Part shown: piece after piece, positions 36,015 through 49,199 of the stretch
Numbering within the stretch: position 1 is the first letter of the stretch
How the letters are laid out: each line of letters begins with the position of its first letter
Source of the DNA: Octopus sinensis
Lineage: Eukaryota
DNA: 64,000 nucleotides
Direction: 5' to 3'
NCBI RefSeq assembly: GCF_006345805.1
Contig: NC_043010.1
Span: 29,760,001-29,824,000, forward strand
Notes under the pieces: model-generated
Told to the model about the DNA's origin: nothing
The model's input: the letters and a program-made list of their open reading frames with translations, nothing else
The model's database searches: none
Program-made: the position numbers and the translations under genes

Positions 36015-39000
36015 AACAACAAACAAGATGAGAACAAATATCTGTCAAATGTAAATAATTCCTCATCTCTTAAATATAGAAATGTATTAATAAGTACCAT
36101 GCTTAAACAAATAAAAATGAGTACTAGGGTTGATTCCTTCAACTAAAAATTCTTCAATACAGTGCTCCAGCATGGCTGCAGTCTACTGACTGATGCAAGT
36201 AAAAGATAAAGGATAAAATAGAGGTGACCAGCATGGAATATCACCTTTCACGTGTATTCATACACACACACACACGTCACTATCATTACCATTGTTCAGT
36301 GTCCACTTTTCTGTGCTTGCATGAGTCAGATGGAATTTTGTTGAGGCACATTTTCAAAAGCTGGATGCCCTTCTTGTCTCCAACTCTCACCTGTTTCCAA
36401 GCTAGGTAATATTTCCCAAGAAAAACTAACAACATCACTTGTATGATGTTGATACTCATACATACGTGTGTGTGTATGTGTGTACCTTTATCTTGATATC
36501 ATGTTATGATAATCAATGAGTATCAACATCATACAAGTGATGTTGTTAGTTTTTAGGCGTCTGAGAAAAACATGTCTGGGGAAATGTTACTGAACTGCTA
36601 AATTATGGGGATGTAACCACAACATCAGTTGTCAAGCAATGGGGGTGGGGTGGGGGACCTCAGAACTGGTAACCATGTGGTTGGGAAGCAAACTTCTTAT
36701 CACACAGCCACTTGGGTGAAACAGTGTTGATGTTGACATTCCATGTTAACATTATGAGTCTGGACTTTTAAAGACCAGCAGAATACAAAAGGCCCTTACT
36801 TGAAAAACAAGTTAGTGAAAAGAAGAGCATTATCATCATCACCATCGTCATCATCATATAATGTCTGCCTCCCATATTGGCATGTGCTGAACAATTTGAC
36901 AGGAGCTTGCGAGTCAGAAGATAGCACCATGCTCTACTGTCTGCTTTGACACAGTTTCTACAGCTGGATGCTCTTCCTAATGTCAGACACTTTGCAGAAT
37001 GTACTGGGTACCTTTTATGTGGTACAAGCACCAGCATTAAGGTTACTAATTAATTTTCAAGACAAGACCTCTCCTCAACTGAGGGGCAATTAGTATTGAG
37101 GGTGCTGGTAGGTTTGTGCCAGGTGATGAGAAGTTACAGTATGAATAGAGAGACAAAAATAGTTGTCTGGCAGTTAGCAAGAGAGAGATGGTGAAAATGT
37201 AAAAGGGCATAAAATCCTGCCTCAAATAATTCTCCATCTAACCCATGCCAGCATGGAATAAATGAGTGTTAAACAAAGATATTCTACATCTTCTGCCCAT
37301 GAATCACTAAAAGCAAATATTAAGTCATACAGCAATTTCAACCAATTTAAGATTTCTCTTCACTCATTTGTGGTAGGAAGCTTTGCTTCCCAACCACATG
37401 GTTTGTGGTTCAGTCCAGCTGTGTGGCACCTTGGGCAAGTGTCTTCTACTATAGCCTCAGGCCGACCAAAGCCTTCTGAGTGGATTTGGTAGATGCAAAC
37501 TGAGAGAAGCCCATTGTATAAATGTATACATACTTATGTGTGTGTATCTTTGTGTCTGTGTTTGTCCCCACCCACTTACTGCTTTACAACAGGTGCATGT
37601 GGTGTTTATGTACCCATAACTTCATACTTCAGCAAAAGAGGCTGTATAGGTGTAGGAGTGGCTGTATGGTAAGTATCTTGCTTACGAACCACATGGTTCC
37701 AAGTTCAGTCCCACTGTGTGGCACCTTGGGCAAGTGTCTTCTATTATAGCCTTGGGCCGACCAAAGCCTTGTGAGTGGATTTGGTAGACGGAAACTGAAA
37801 GAAGCTCATCGTATATATGTATATATATGTATGTGTGTGTATATGTGTGTCAGTGTTTGTCCCCCCAACATCGCTTGACAACCGATGCTAGTGTGTTTAC
37901 GTCCCCGTAACTTAGCAGTTTGACAAAAGGGACCAATAGAATAAGTACTAGGCTTACAAAGAATAAGTTCTAGGGTTGATTTGCTCGACTAAAGGCGGTG
38001 CTCCAGCATGGCCACAGTCACATGACTGAAACAAGTAAAAGAGACTGATAGAATAAGGACCAGGCTTTAAAAAAATAAGTACTGGGGTCAATACATTCAA
38101 CTAAAAACTCTTCAAGGCAATGCCCCAGCATGGTCACAGTCTAGTGACTGAAACAAGTAAAAATTAAAGAAAGGGCCTTGCTGGAGTGTAATCTTTAAAT
38201 GACGTTGTATTAGAAGTGAGATGTTATGTTCTTAAGGAAAAGTGAGAACATACTGTCACTGGTCTGAATGGGAGATAAGCCTCAAGAGAACTGAGTTTCA
38301 AACCTAGATTCGTTTTCTTATCACAGTTTTCCCAACCTATTCTGCTAATATTTTCACAATTTTTTTTAAAATCTTTTATCATTTATTTGTGTCAGTTATT
38401 GGACTGTGGCCAAGCTGGGGCACTGCCTTCCAGCGTTTTAGTTACATTTTTGAAGCGTGGTCATTATTCTATCATCCACTTTTGCTGAACCACTAAGTTA
38501 TGGAGATGTAAAGAAACCAACACTGGCTGTCAGTGCATACACACACACACACACACACAATGGTTTTCTTTCAGTTTCCATCTACCGAATTCACTTACAA
38601 GGCTTTGGTTGGGTCAGGGCTATATCTTTTATCTTTTACTTGTTTCGGTCATCAGACTGGGGCACCACCTTGAAGAATTTCAGTTAATAAACCGATCCCA
38701 GTTCTTATTTTTATTTTAAGCCTGGTTCTTTTTGCTGAATGGCTAAGTTATGGGGACATAAACACACCAACACCAGTTGTCAAGAGGGACAAACACAGAT
38801 GCAAAGACACACATACACACAGGCACACACACACACACATACATAAATATACGATAGGCCTCTTTCAGTTTCCATTTACTAAATCCACTCACAAGGATTT
38901 TGGTTAGCCCAAGGCTATAATAGTGGGACTAAATCTGGAATCATATGGTTAAGAAGGAAACTTCTTATCACAGCTACACCTATGCCTATAAGATGCTTAG

Positions 39001-39324
39001 AAGAAGATACTTGTCCAAGGTGCCATGCAGTGGGACTGAACCCAGAACCATGTGGTTGGGAAGCAAGTTTCTCAATATTCAGATTAGTTTTTCCCCAAAC
39101 AGCTGACTATTTAATTACTTAAAAAGTGGAACCTAATATACTTAATGTGGTGAGCCAAGACATTTTAATTAATTAGATAATTAAAATTAAACTCATCACA
39201 AAGAGGGAAAGCACTATCTTAATGATTAACCTTGATCAAGAAAGACAAAAGTAAAACCCCGGGAATTAATTTAATTACAAATACAATAAAGTGGGAGTGT
39301 GAGTCTAATCTTTGAGACTTGAAT

Positions 39325-39371
39325 GACAATTCTGGACATGTTTTGGTCTTAAACCTCATCAGTAAATAGTC
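39325..39371 (-). ncRNA. Decayed minimal hammerhead ribozyme
   Basis: Minus strand reads GACTATTTA-CTGATGA-GGTTTAAGACC-AAAACATGTC-CAGAATTGTC: stem II, palindromic ACATGT, GUC triplet, imperfect stem I, and GAAA changed to AAAA. Confidence 0.5.
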
Positions 39372-40918
39372 TAAAACCATTACTGCCAGATTTTTGAATG
39401 ATCAAAGAGAATATATAACTCTAGTGAATGAACAGAGTGGTGCTATAAAGTAAAAGAATGACTGTTGAGTGGTGGATGCCCAGGTTTGCCTGTTGTATGA
39501 AAAACTCAGCAAAGTGTGTGTTAACAAAATTAATGTAATGAGAGAAGACATTTCAAGTGATTAAAATTACTAGCTTTCATTGTTTTTATTTCTTAAAAAG
39601 ACACAAGTGTTTTACAGCAATATTCCACATTACAATGGGTGAGACGCATTCCATAAGTAAAGACGTGGTTGTGTGAATACAGAGCTCCTCTTATAATCAC
39701 ATGGTCACAGGTTCTATCTCACTACAAGGTACTTTGGGCCAGTGTCTTCTGCTAATGCCTCAAGCTGACTAATATCTTGTAAGTAGAATAAGAAAAGCGG
39801 GGACTGTATGGAAGCCCATTATGTGTGAATGTGTGTGGTAAAGACCCCCTTCGGTCATGAATGACCATGAAATTGCATCTAGAAAGTTCTCCTCCAAGGC
39901 ACAAGTCCGGGCAAGGTTGTTTATGAAAGACCAGCAGTCATCCATATATATCAGTCTTCCTTCTCCATACCACTAACGTTGTCCTAGGGAAAGGCAAAGG
40001 CCAATTCAGCTGAGCACCAGTGATGTTGCAACCTATTTCTACAACTGAGTGAACTGGAGCAATGTTAAATAAAGTGTCTTGCTCATGAACATAACACACA
40101 GCTCGGTCTGAAATTGAACTCACAATCTCACAATTGTAAGCCTGACACTCAAACTACTGAATCATGTGCCTTTAGATGTAGTATTTTCTTTTATTGAAGA
40201 AAACAGAAGGGTATAATCTGAGGAAGATTTGGTTCTATTTATATTACACCTAGTCACCATTTAGTGGCTTCCTTATTCACTAGAGCAGAGCAATGTGAAT
40301 AACCTAGGAGCACAGCATAATAGCTGGGGGAAACTTCTACATGGTCACTTGATCTGTTAAAAATAGTAGACTACTCTCCCACAAATTGCAATATACAGTT
40401 TTGAATAAAGACAAAACTTGGATAGTATAATTGCTGATATATTCCCTAAAATGATAGGATGGTTATGACTGGAACATCTTGTCCTGAGACTTATAAATAC
40501 AAGATGGTAGTGAAGTGGCAGAAATGTTGGAGCATCGGACAAAGATGTTTCTGAGTTCAAGTCACACCAAATTCAGCTTTATTTTTTCATACTTTCAGGA
40601 CTGATAAAATCAAGCACCAATCCAGTCCAAGATTGGGGGAATTGTTCCAGCTCTTCACATTCTGAGTTCTTTGCAATTGATAAACAACATTGATGTCAGC
40701 TGTGTCAGACCTTGCCTTTTCTTTGAGCAACAGGAGTACCATAGAAAGATGAGACTTACTGCGTAGCAATACAAGAACAACAAACAAACCTTTTCCAGGG
40801 CCTATGTTCTGAAGAAGAATTTTCCAGGTGCAGGGTTGGGGACAATACTGCCCAATAGAAACCTTGAAACGAACTGCACAGTGACTGCAGCAGGGTTTAA
40901 ACTTTTGGAAAACAACTT

Positions 40919-41135
40919 GGGTCTGGCTACGGTTCCGGCTTAGAGGCGTTCAGCCGTTATCGCTCAGAGGCAGCCTGGCACCACCGCTCTATCGAGCAAG
41001 TGCGCAAACCATTGCTCTGATCCCATGGTTCCTCTTGTACTGGACGGGGTAGCCGTAGCCGAGTTGACATTGCCGACGCCCGCCTAAGGTTGGCCGAAGA
41101 AGCGTCAGCGGCAGCAGCAGTCAATTATCAAGTAA
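40919..41135 (-). pseudogene. 28S rRNA gene fragment including the sarcin-ricin loop
   Basis: Plus strand CTTAGAGGCGTTCAG and GGTTCCTCTTGTACT match the reverse complement of eukaryotic 28S (CTTAGAGGCGTTCAG; GGTTCCTCTCGTACT) at the expected spacing. GC-rich island. Confidence 0.8.
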
Positions 41136-41418
41136 TTTAAACTCTCAGAGAAAAAAAAATTAGTACTAAAAATATTGGAAATGTGTTTTATCTTTTACTT
41201 GTTTCAGTCATTGGACTGCAGCCATGCTGGGTACTGCATTGAAGGGTTTAGTCAAACAAATCAATCTCAGTCCTTATTTTATAGTCTCTTTTGCTGCACT
41301 GTTAGGTTATAGGGACATAAACTAAACACAGACACACACACATACAATGGGCTTCCATACAGTTTCTGTCGACTAAATTCACTCACACTCGGCTCAGGGC
41401 TAAAGTAGAAGAAACTTG

Positions 41419-41818
41419 GGATCTTTTCGGTTTGAACGGCAGTTTTTTCTACATGTGTCATGAAATTGTCACCCATAATTATGACCCTAGTATCGATCTA
41501 TTGCATTTCAATCTGTTTTAGGGTTAGGGGCGAGGGTAAGGGTATCTTTTTTGCTTCAGAAATGTAAATAAACCCAATCTGTTTCTTAAACGAGGGACAT
41601 ATTCATACGGCACAGAATGTTTTCACCTCAATAGACGTCATTGATTGGTTGAAATTGCAAAAAAAAAACAACAAATATCTTACAAACTATAAAATTTTCT
41701 CAATAAATCCAAGAGAAAAAGATGTTTTATAAATACATTCTACCAGTATACGAAGTTTAAAAGTGTTTAGTTACGTGGAAATTATTTTAAAAAACTGCCG
41801 GTCAAACCGAAAAGATCC
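41419..41818. mobile_element. Second copy of the 8-bp-TSD MITE, nested in a family A SINE
   Basis: Same TIRs as 582-999 in opposite orientation. TSD GAAACTTG at 41411-41418 and 41819-41826. The SINE sequence resumes after it. Confidence 0.92.
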
Positions 41819-42681
41819 GAAACTTGCTTAAGGTGCTGCACAGTGGGACTGAACTTAATTCACCTTAATTACACATTTACTTTTAATTTTTTATTTCAAC
41901 ATTTCCAAACAGGAATATACTATTCATTACAGAAATATTATTTGTAAACAGTAGTCGAGTGGATATGAAGTTTGCTTCTCAAACATGTTGTTGTGGGTTC
42001 AATCACACTGTGTTGCTCCTTTGTCAAGTATCTTCTACTGTGCCTTTGTGTTAAACAAAACATTGTGTTAGATATTTGATAGATAAAAATTTGCATGGGA
42101 GCCCACCGATGAAAATCATTTCTGAACGTAGAGTGCGTTGGGAGAAGATTTAATCCAGTGACTAGCTTAACATCACCACCTGACACTCAATGTTGAGGTG
42201 ACAGTGTCAAATCGGATCTGTTAAAAAGAGAACGAGCGAACAGAATTTGGTTCCAGTTCATCCAGAAAAGCAGTAATTGTAAATAAGAACTGACTGGAGC
42301 CTTGAAGATCCATCCAACCCATGTAAACATGGTGAAGAAGATGTAAAAATTGTGTGTGTGTGTGCGTAATGTATATATATTATGTATTTCAGGCCCTAAA
42401 GTATTTCGGATACTAAATCGAAAGGAAAGTACGCCTTCGAATAATTAAGAAATGCTTTATTTAATTATTAAAAAAGATTTTTTCACTTTTTAATATCAAG
42501 AAAAAATTTCATTTTCAAAAATATTATGGTTTTGAAGTTAAGAATTTGTAAAAATATATGAGCAACGGAGAAAAAATGTTTCGTAATCATTTTGAAGTGT
42601 GATTGTTTTGCTGCGCTGCTTGTTTACGTTTAGTTTTTAAAAGCTGCAGGACTCTGCGCGGATTATGTATGTGCGTGGGTG

Positions 42682-42714
<33 letters not shown>

Positions 42715-42724
42715 GTACGCAGTA

Positions 42725-42755
<31 letters not shown>

Positions 42756-42899
42756 CTATATATTAATTATATAGATGTATGCATGAAAAATTTAACATAA
42801 ATGAATAAATAAAAAAGTTGGTAATGCTACTAATTACTTATTACTCCACAAGCTTCTTGCTTAATGTATTTAGTTAAAGACAGAAAAATAGAAAGTTAT

Positions 42900-45100
42900 G
42901 CAATGAACACACACCACTGCGAATGGCAAAGGTTGAGCAGTGGTTGACTATTTCACTGCTAACCAGGGAGTTTGCGATAATGTTTGGGGAAAATGTGGAG
43001 AGATTTTATATCATACTGACATTGTTTTGACCCAGGGCAGCTTGATCGAAAGCATTCTCCAGTTGCGATCATCTCCTCTAGTTTTGTTTTTGTTTTGTTC
43101 TAAGCACAATATATCTAAGAATATGTAAGCCAACGTTTTTACCTACTTTTTTTTTTTTTTTTTTTGAAGTGTGATACGAAGGGATTTGTCTGTTGTTTTT
43201 AGTAAGACAAGCGAACCCGTAGTCTCTCCGTTATTGACGCCAGTGAGAAAGATTCAGGGAAGTGAGAAACGAATAACGAATGACCGATACCAATAACAAA
43301 ATAATTGCTTCTAATCGAAACTGAAAGATTACAAACTGTTATCATCATCATTTGTTTTCCCATTTCAATATTCTTGTTATTTGGTTAAGACATTTCCATT
43401 TCGATCGTTTGCACAACTGATTTTACTTGTTTATATACACATATACATACGTACATACATACATACACACACGCACGCACACACACACACAATAACACTA
43501 AATAGAAACCAAAATACACGACAAATCAGGAATGACAGCAAATTAAATTGGCATCAAAAGGGATAGCGGTAATCGGTGAATCTATTAGATAGTATTTAAG
43601 GAACTGTACCTTGATGTTTCGAGTAGTTTGGATTGTGTTTTGCGAAAGTCTGCTGAAGAAGTCGATCATTGTCGACAGCCAGACACCAAAACGGTGTAAG
43701 ATAGAATAAGTGTCTTCTATAAAAGATTTTTTTCCAGAGAAATATACAACTATTATTTAATAAAAATATCATATATGAGCAAAAAATGACAGTTCTGTTA
43801 ATCATATTGTTCTTAAGATGAGTTTTTCTGATAGTTTTAAGATTTTGATTATACGTGTGTTCGCAAATCGATTTCCCCCTCCTACTATGCAGTGCCGTCT
43901 TAATGTAGGGCACGCAGAGCTTTTACCCGAGGGACCAACAGTCTGGAAGTCTAATGCTAGTTTATGTGAGTGGCTTACTAGCAATAAATACATTCTATAT
44001 GCCCCTTTTACTTCAGGATGAGGGTGATGCAGATGTTAAGACTGCGCTGTCATTATGTTCAAATTGTTGAATCAGTATTCTTCCATTCATAATTTTTGTT
44101 TGTTTGTTTAACCTCCAGATTCATTCAGATCGAGAACTATCATTAAATAATGTCTCGTCATTTTAAGGTAATCCAAAACTACGTTATCGAATGAGAAATT
44201 TCATGTACGATATTAGAATATGATTTGCGTGTTTGGCTGCTGTTTCCAACAGACCGAACGATTATACAGGTCTTCTCGACGTTAGGTTGTTTTATTTCGT
44301 ATATTATCGATCCAGTTGTTGTTTGGCCTCGGGTCAACCCTCACGAGCAGGCCTATAATCAAAGACATTTCGATCAGGACCACTCCATCTTGCTTTTAGC
44401 AGGGGTGTCTATTGGATTACATTATTTAACGTGTTCATTTCCATTATTTTCCTTCTTATTTTTATTGTTTTTCAAAGAGTAGGTTGTAATGTCAGTGATC
44501 TGGCCGCAAATTTTAGCTAGTCTATCGACCACATAGAGACTCTATCGTTGTCTTGCTTCTTCCGTTCTTTGTAGTCTACGTGGTAAACATTAACTACTTT
44601 ATATTTAATAATACACATAATCATTTCCATTTATATTAAAAGATATACTACTTTGTTGAAACTGCATCAATATTCACTTGCCTACTAAGCTGTTCTTTAG
44701 ACTGGGTCTGCTCTGATGGCGGAGGCCAAAAATCATTCCATCCATGACATTCCAGGCAAGCAGAATGCCTCGAAGAGACTACATTATCAAATAGGATCTT
44801 CGTTTTTACGAAGATATGGTGTGATTTGAAGGAGATCTATTTGTTATTTGAATGCAAGAAGTGTGGTTAGAAAGTTCGCTTCGCGACTACGTGGCTTCGA
44901 ATCCCGTCCAACTGCATAGTACATTGGACAGCAGAGAATCTATCGTAGTTTCGGGTGAACTAAAAGATGGTCTTCTGGGTGAAAATGGGTGGACGGAAAC
45001 TATGTTAAAGTCCATCAAAAGAGCCATTCCTGTCCTTGAGTGGTAAACTTAATCCGTCGCACGGTGCCTTCAGCGTAGTATACACTGTTCCAGCTCGGCC
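42900..45100. promoter_or_regulatory. CpG-retaining region, candidate promoter/5' exon of the 31172 ZNF gene
   Basis: High CG frequency against a depleted background. Minus-strand donor-like AAG/GTACA near 43607 and plus-strand GTGAGT near 43966. Confidence 0.45.
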
Positions 45101-45339
45101 TGAGGACAACTTCCTCCCTTCTCTTCAGTCTCAGAGATCCCTGCAAAGAATCATGAATGCTACCCTACATCCCCTTACTGTGTCATTTACAAAAACGTTG
45201 AGTGATGGTCTATAAAATCTACACACACATCTACACAATTTTAAAAAATTTTATAGGTGGGTTATGAAGAAAAATAAAAAAAGAACTGAAAAGTTCCTCT
45301 GGTATTATATTGATGTTTTGCTTGAGGTGTTGGCAGATA

Positions 45340-45670
45340 TTCATACACACGTGTACTTCTGTATATTAGCTGTTAAAACACACATGCATGTGGTGTTGTA
45401 TATTACATGTTCACACACATGTGGGATTGTATATTTGATATTTACAGAAACATATGTACATGCATGTGATATTGCATATTACTCTATTATTTACACACAT
45501 GTAGTGTTGTATATTAGGTATTTATATTCACAAACATACACAAATTTTATATTAGATGTTTACACCCACAAGGTGCTGTATATTAGACGTTTACACACTC
45601 ATACACATGGGGTGGTGTTATATTATATATTTATATGTATACACACACACACCGTTTGGTGTTGTATATC
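45340..45670. repeat. Decayed ~31-bp minisatellite
   Basis: Recurring ACACACATGTGGTGTTGTATATTA-like unit, several imperfect copies. Confidence 0.6.
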
Positions 45671-46227
45671 TGAGAAACTAAACCAGAAAACAGAGGATCA
45701 AATCTAATTAATTTTGAGACATTTATATTTTTAGCTACCATGTCCATAACAGCAGAAAAAGCACATTTAACTATGTTGTTGGGAAGGACAAAATCTCTGC
45801 TGATCTTTAATAGCAAATGTGTTATATTTGGTAAGATCTTGTATACTTCAGCTACATAAGGTGTTGTTTAGGAGTTTGGTTTAGTTTAACACAATTATCA
45901 CATTACATGTCCATTATTTTCCTCAGTTAAATAGAAATAGAGGAACATTCCATGAAAGGAAGTTCATCTATTCCAGATCCATGAATCTGTTGTTATATAT
46001 ATGGCAGTCGAAAAAGTATTCTGATATTTGTAACACATTTTTTGATGGATCACATTTACAAAGGTGTTGAAAGTGAGGGAAGATATTTCTTAAAACTTAG
46101 GTTTTCAAAAAATTCAGTTTTACTGACAAGATAACACGTTGAGGTCTTGCAATCTATAATATTCTTTTAATTTTGATTGTCTTTATTTGATGTAATTATC
46201 TTTACGACCATGTTCAAACATTCTTAA

Positions 46228-46452
46228 CCCTTTTGTTACCAACCCAGCTGAAGCCGGCTCTGGCTCTGAGTACAAATGTCTTGTTTACAAATGTCTTGTT
46301 TTGAATTAAAATCTTCCACCAAACCTTAGTCACAATTTATGTTCCTAACACCAGCTGAATGATAACTAAGTTATTTTATTAAATTCTTTGTTATATTTAA
46401 AGTAATCGAAAGAAACACAGAGCATCTCAAAATAAATACAGTAACAAAAGGG
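46228..46452. mobile_element. piggyBac-type MITE, second family
   Basis: TTAA-CCCTTTTGTTAC ... GTAACAAAAGGG-TTAA. Confidence 0.85.
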
Positions 46453-47071
46453 TTAACAATGACTCTCCACAATCTACAGTTTTCCAATACTCATGGTGAC
46501 TGCTCTTTACTGTATTGTATGAGAATTGATCAATGAATGTTTGAATGGCTCTTCCTCTACTGTACCTGCCATTAGTTGGTTCCCACAATAGTAGCTTGAT
46601 GTATTTAATTTACTGAAAATATCAGCAAGATATTTTGGGTAGAGACAATTGGAGCCTGGATAGCTCTCCAGATGGTCAGCTCCTGTCAAACTGTCCAACC
46701 CATGTAAGCATGGAAAACAGACGTTAGGCAATGATGATGATGAAAATATCACTGGATTCTCATGAACTGGAAATCCTCTTGATTTCTATCAAAGTCCAAT
46801 AGTATCACACATAAATATGGAGGAGCAGTTTCGCACAGTATTCATTCACATACTTTTATTCTTTTACATGTTTCAGTCATTTCGCTGTGGCCACTTACTC
46901 ACTTACTCTTTGTAAGCCTAGTACTTATTCTATCAGTCTCTTTTGCCGAACCACTAAGTTACAGGGATGTAAACACACCAACATTAGTTGTTAAGCGATG
47001 TTGGGGGAACAAACACAGACACACACACACATAAATATATATACATACACGCATATATATATGTATGTGTG

Positions 47072-47119
<48 letters not shown>

Positions 47120-47134
47120 ATATATATACATACA

Positions 47135-47539
47135 TATTAATTTATAAAAATATGGTAAAGTAAAAAAATTCACTTTACCACACACCGAACTTTTCAGAAA
47201 TAGCAGCCAAAAATATGGCTATTTCTTCAACTGCAAATAAAAGTCTCCAGACAATGCATACTCAGAAAATAAATAAAAGTCTCCAGACAATGCATACTCA
47301 GAAAATAACTCACATAGGTATAAGGGAAAAACAATGAAAGATCACATCCATATCGTATATGGATGTGATCTTTCATTGTTTTTCCCTTATACCTATGTGA
47401 GTTATTTTCTGAGTATGCATTGTCTGGAGACTTTTATTTGCAGTTGAAGAAATAGCCATATTTTTGGCTGCTATTTCTGAAAAGTTCGGTGTGTGGTAAA
47501 GTGAATTTTTTTACTTTACCATATTTTTATAAATTAATA
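47135..47539. repeat. 405-bp near-perfect palindrome with 3-nt spacer
   Basis: Arms 47135-47353 and 47357-47539 are exact reverse complements, apart from a 36-bp tandem duplication in the left arm (47235-47270 = 47271-47306). Spacer is CGT. Confidence 0.95.
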
Positions 47540-47651
47540 CTTCAAATACACCGTAAATGGTCTTTACATACCGAATACTGCTTGGTCGAATTTATTAACA
47601 ATTAATTAATTCTACCCCCTTTTTTGATGACAATATATACATACATATATA

Positions 47652-48705
47652 AATAATTAAGGGTACTAACAAGCAGTACTGGCATGCTATATATAGCAAT
47701 TAAAATGACCTAACCACAAATTTTCACTCAAAGACAAAGGTGAAAGCTGGCAAACGAATAAAAATCCTAAAACCCCATACTTTTTCTCCAAAGTTCGAAA
47801 TCACAGTGATATGGGCATGTCTGGCTTTTTCAATTTTCAATTATTTTCATCATTGGCGCAGGGTGTTAGAATTCTTATTCATTTGCCTGCTTTCACCTTT
47901 GTGGTTAAGTGAAAATTTGTCATTTGGTCATTTTGATTCCTATATTTAGCATGCCGGTACTGCTTGCTAGTACCCTTAATTATTAATTGATAATTTTTGT
48001 AACATTGAGGGTTTTTTACGCATGCTAAGCCACTGATATTATTATAAACAATAATATCCTCATATATTTTTAAATAATTTTTATTCACTTCGATTACCTT
48101 TTTAAAATTTGCTGCAGCATTAAAAACAGTCATTGTGCACATTGGTGAGATGAATAATCTCTATAACCCATAAGGCGGCGAGCTGGCAGACACGTTATCG
48201 TGCCGGGCGAAATGCTTAGCAGTATTTCGTCTGTCGTTACGTTCTGAGTTCAAATTCCACCGAGGTCGACTTTGCCTTTCATCCTTTCAAGGTCAATTAA
48301 ATAAAGTACCAGTTTCGCACTGGAGTTGATGTAATCGACTTAATCCCTTTGTCTGTCCTTGTTTGTCCCCTCTATGTTTAGCCCCTTGTGGGCAATAAAG
48401 AAATATAATCTCTATAACCCTGGGATCAGTAAGACTCACTGAAAATGAACTAAATTCAAAATCACGGTGATACGGGTATGTCTGGCTTTTTCAATTTTCA
48501 ATTATTTTCGTCATTGGTTCAGGGCTTTGGAATTTTTATTCATTTGCCCACCTTCACCTTGGTGGTTTGGTCATTTCGATTGCTATATTTAGCATACTGG
48601 TACTACTTGTTAGTACCCTTTATTTTTAATTGATAATTTTTTTACCATTATGGGTTTTTCTATACATGCTAAGCCACTGATATTATAAACAATAACATCC
48701 TCATA
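47652..48705. repeat. Inverted plus direct triplication of a ~130-270-bp module
   Basis: 47652-47770 is an inverted copy of about 47870-47985. 47799-48065 recurs as a diverged direct copy at about 48459-48705. Confidence 0.8.
48170..48404 (+). mobile_element. Young family B SINE with 16-bp TSD
   Basis: TSD ATAATCTCTATAACCC at 48154-48169 and 48405-48420. Body matches 29210-29440. Confidence 0.9.
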
Positions 48706-48707
48706 TG

Positions 48708-48770
<63 letters not shown>

Positions 48771-48843
48771 CATATATACATATATATACATACACATATA
48801 TACATATATATACATACACATATATATATACATACACACACAC

Positions 48844-48874
<31 letters not shown>

Positions 48875-49199
48875 ATACATATATATATTGTTATATTTCA
48901 GAATGGTCATTTTGCCAGTTTAGCCAACAAATATATAAATGTACATATATATACATATACATATATATATATATGAGGACTTCTTTCACTTTCCATCTAC
49001 CAAATTCACTCACAAGGCTGAAAACTATAGTAGAAATACTTGCTCCAGGTGTCATGCATTGGGACTGAACCCAGAGCCATGTGGTTAGGAAGCAAGCTTC
49101 TTACCACACAGCCATGCCTGTTTATAAAATGTTTAAAATAGTTTTTGAGTTACTGGATGGGCTTTTATCTGATTTATTACTTTTACTACTTACTTCATT

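Noticed and set aside
40919-41135. Bacterial 23S contamination or a functional rRNA gene
   Set aside because: Motifs fit eukaryotic 28S (CTTAGAGGCGTTCAG) better. The piece is about 200 bp, embedded among host repeats, and its SRL is mutated.
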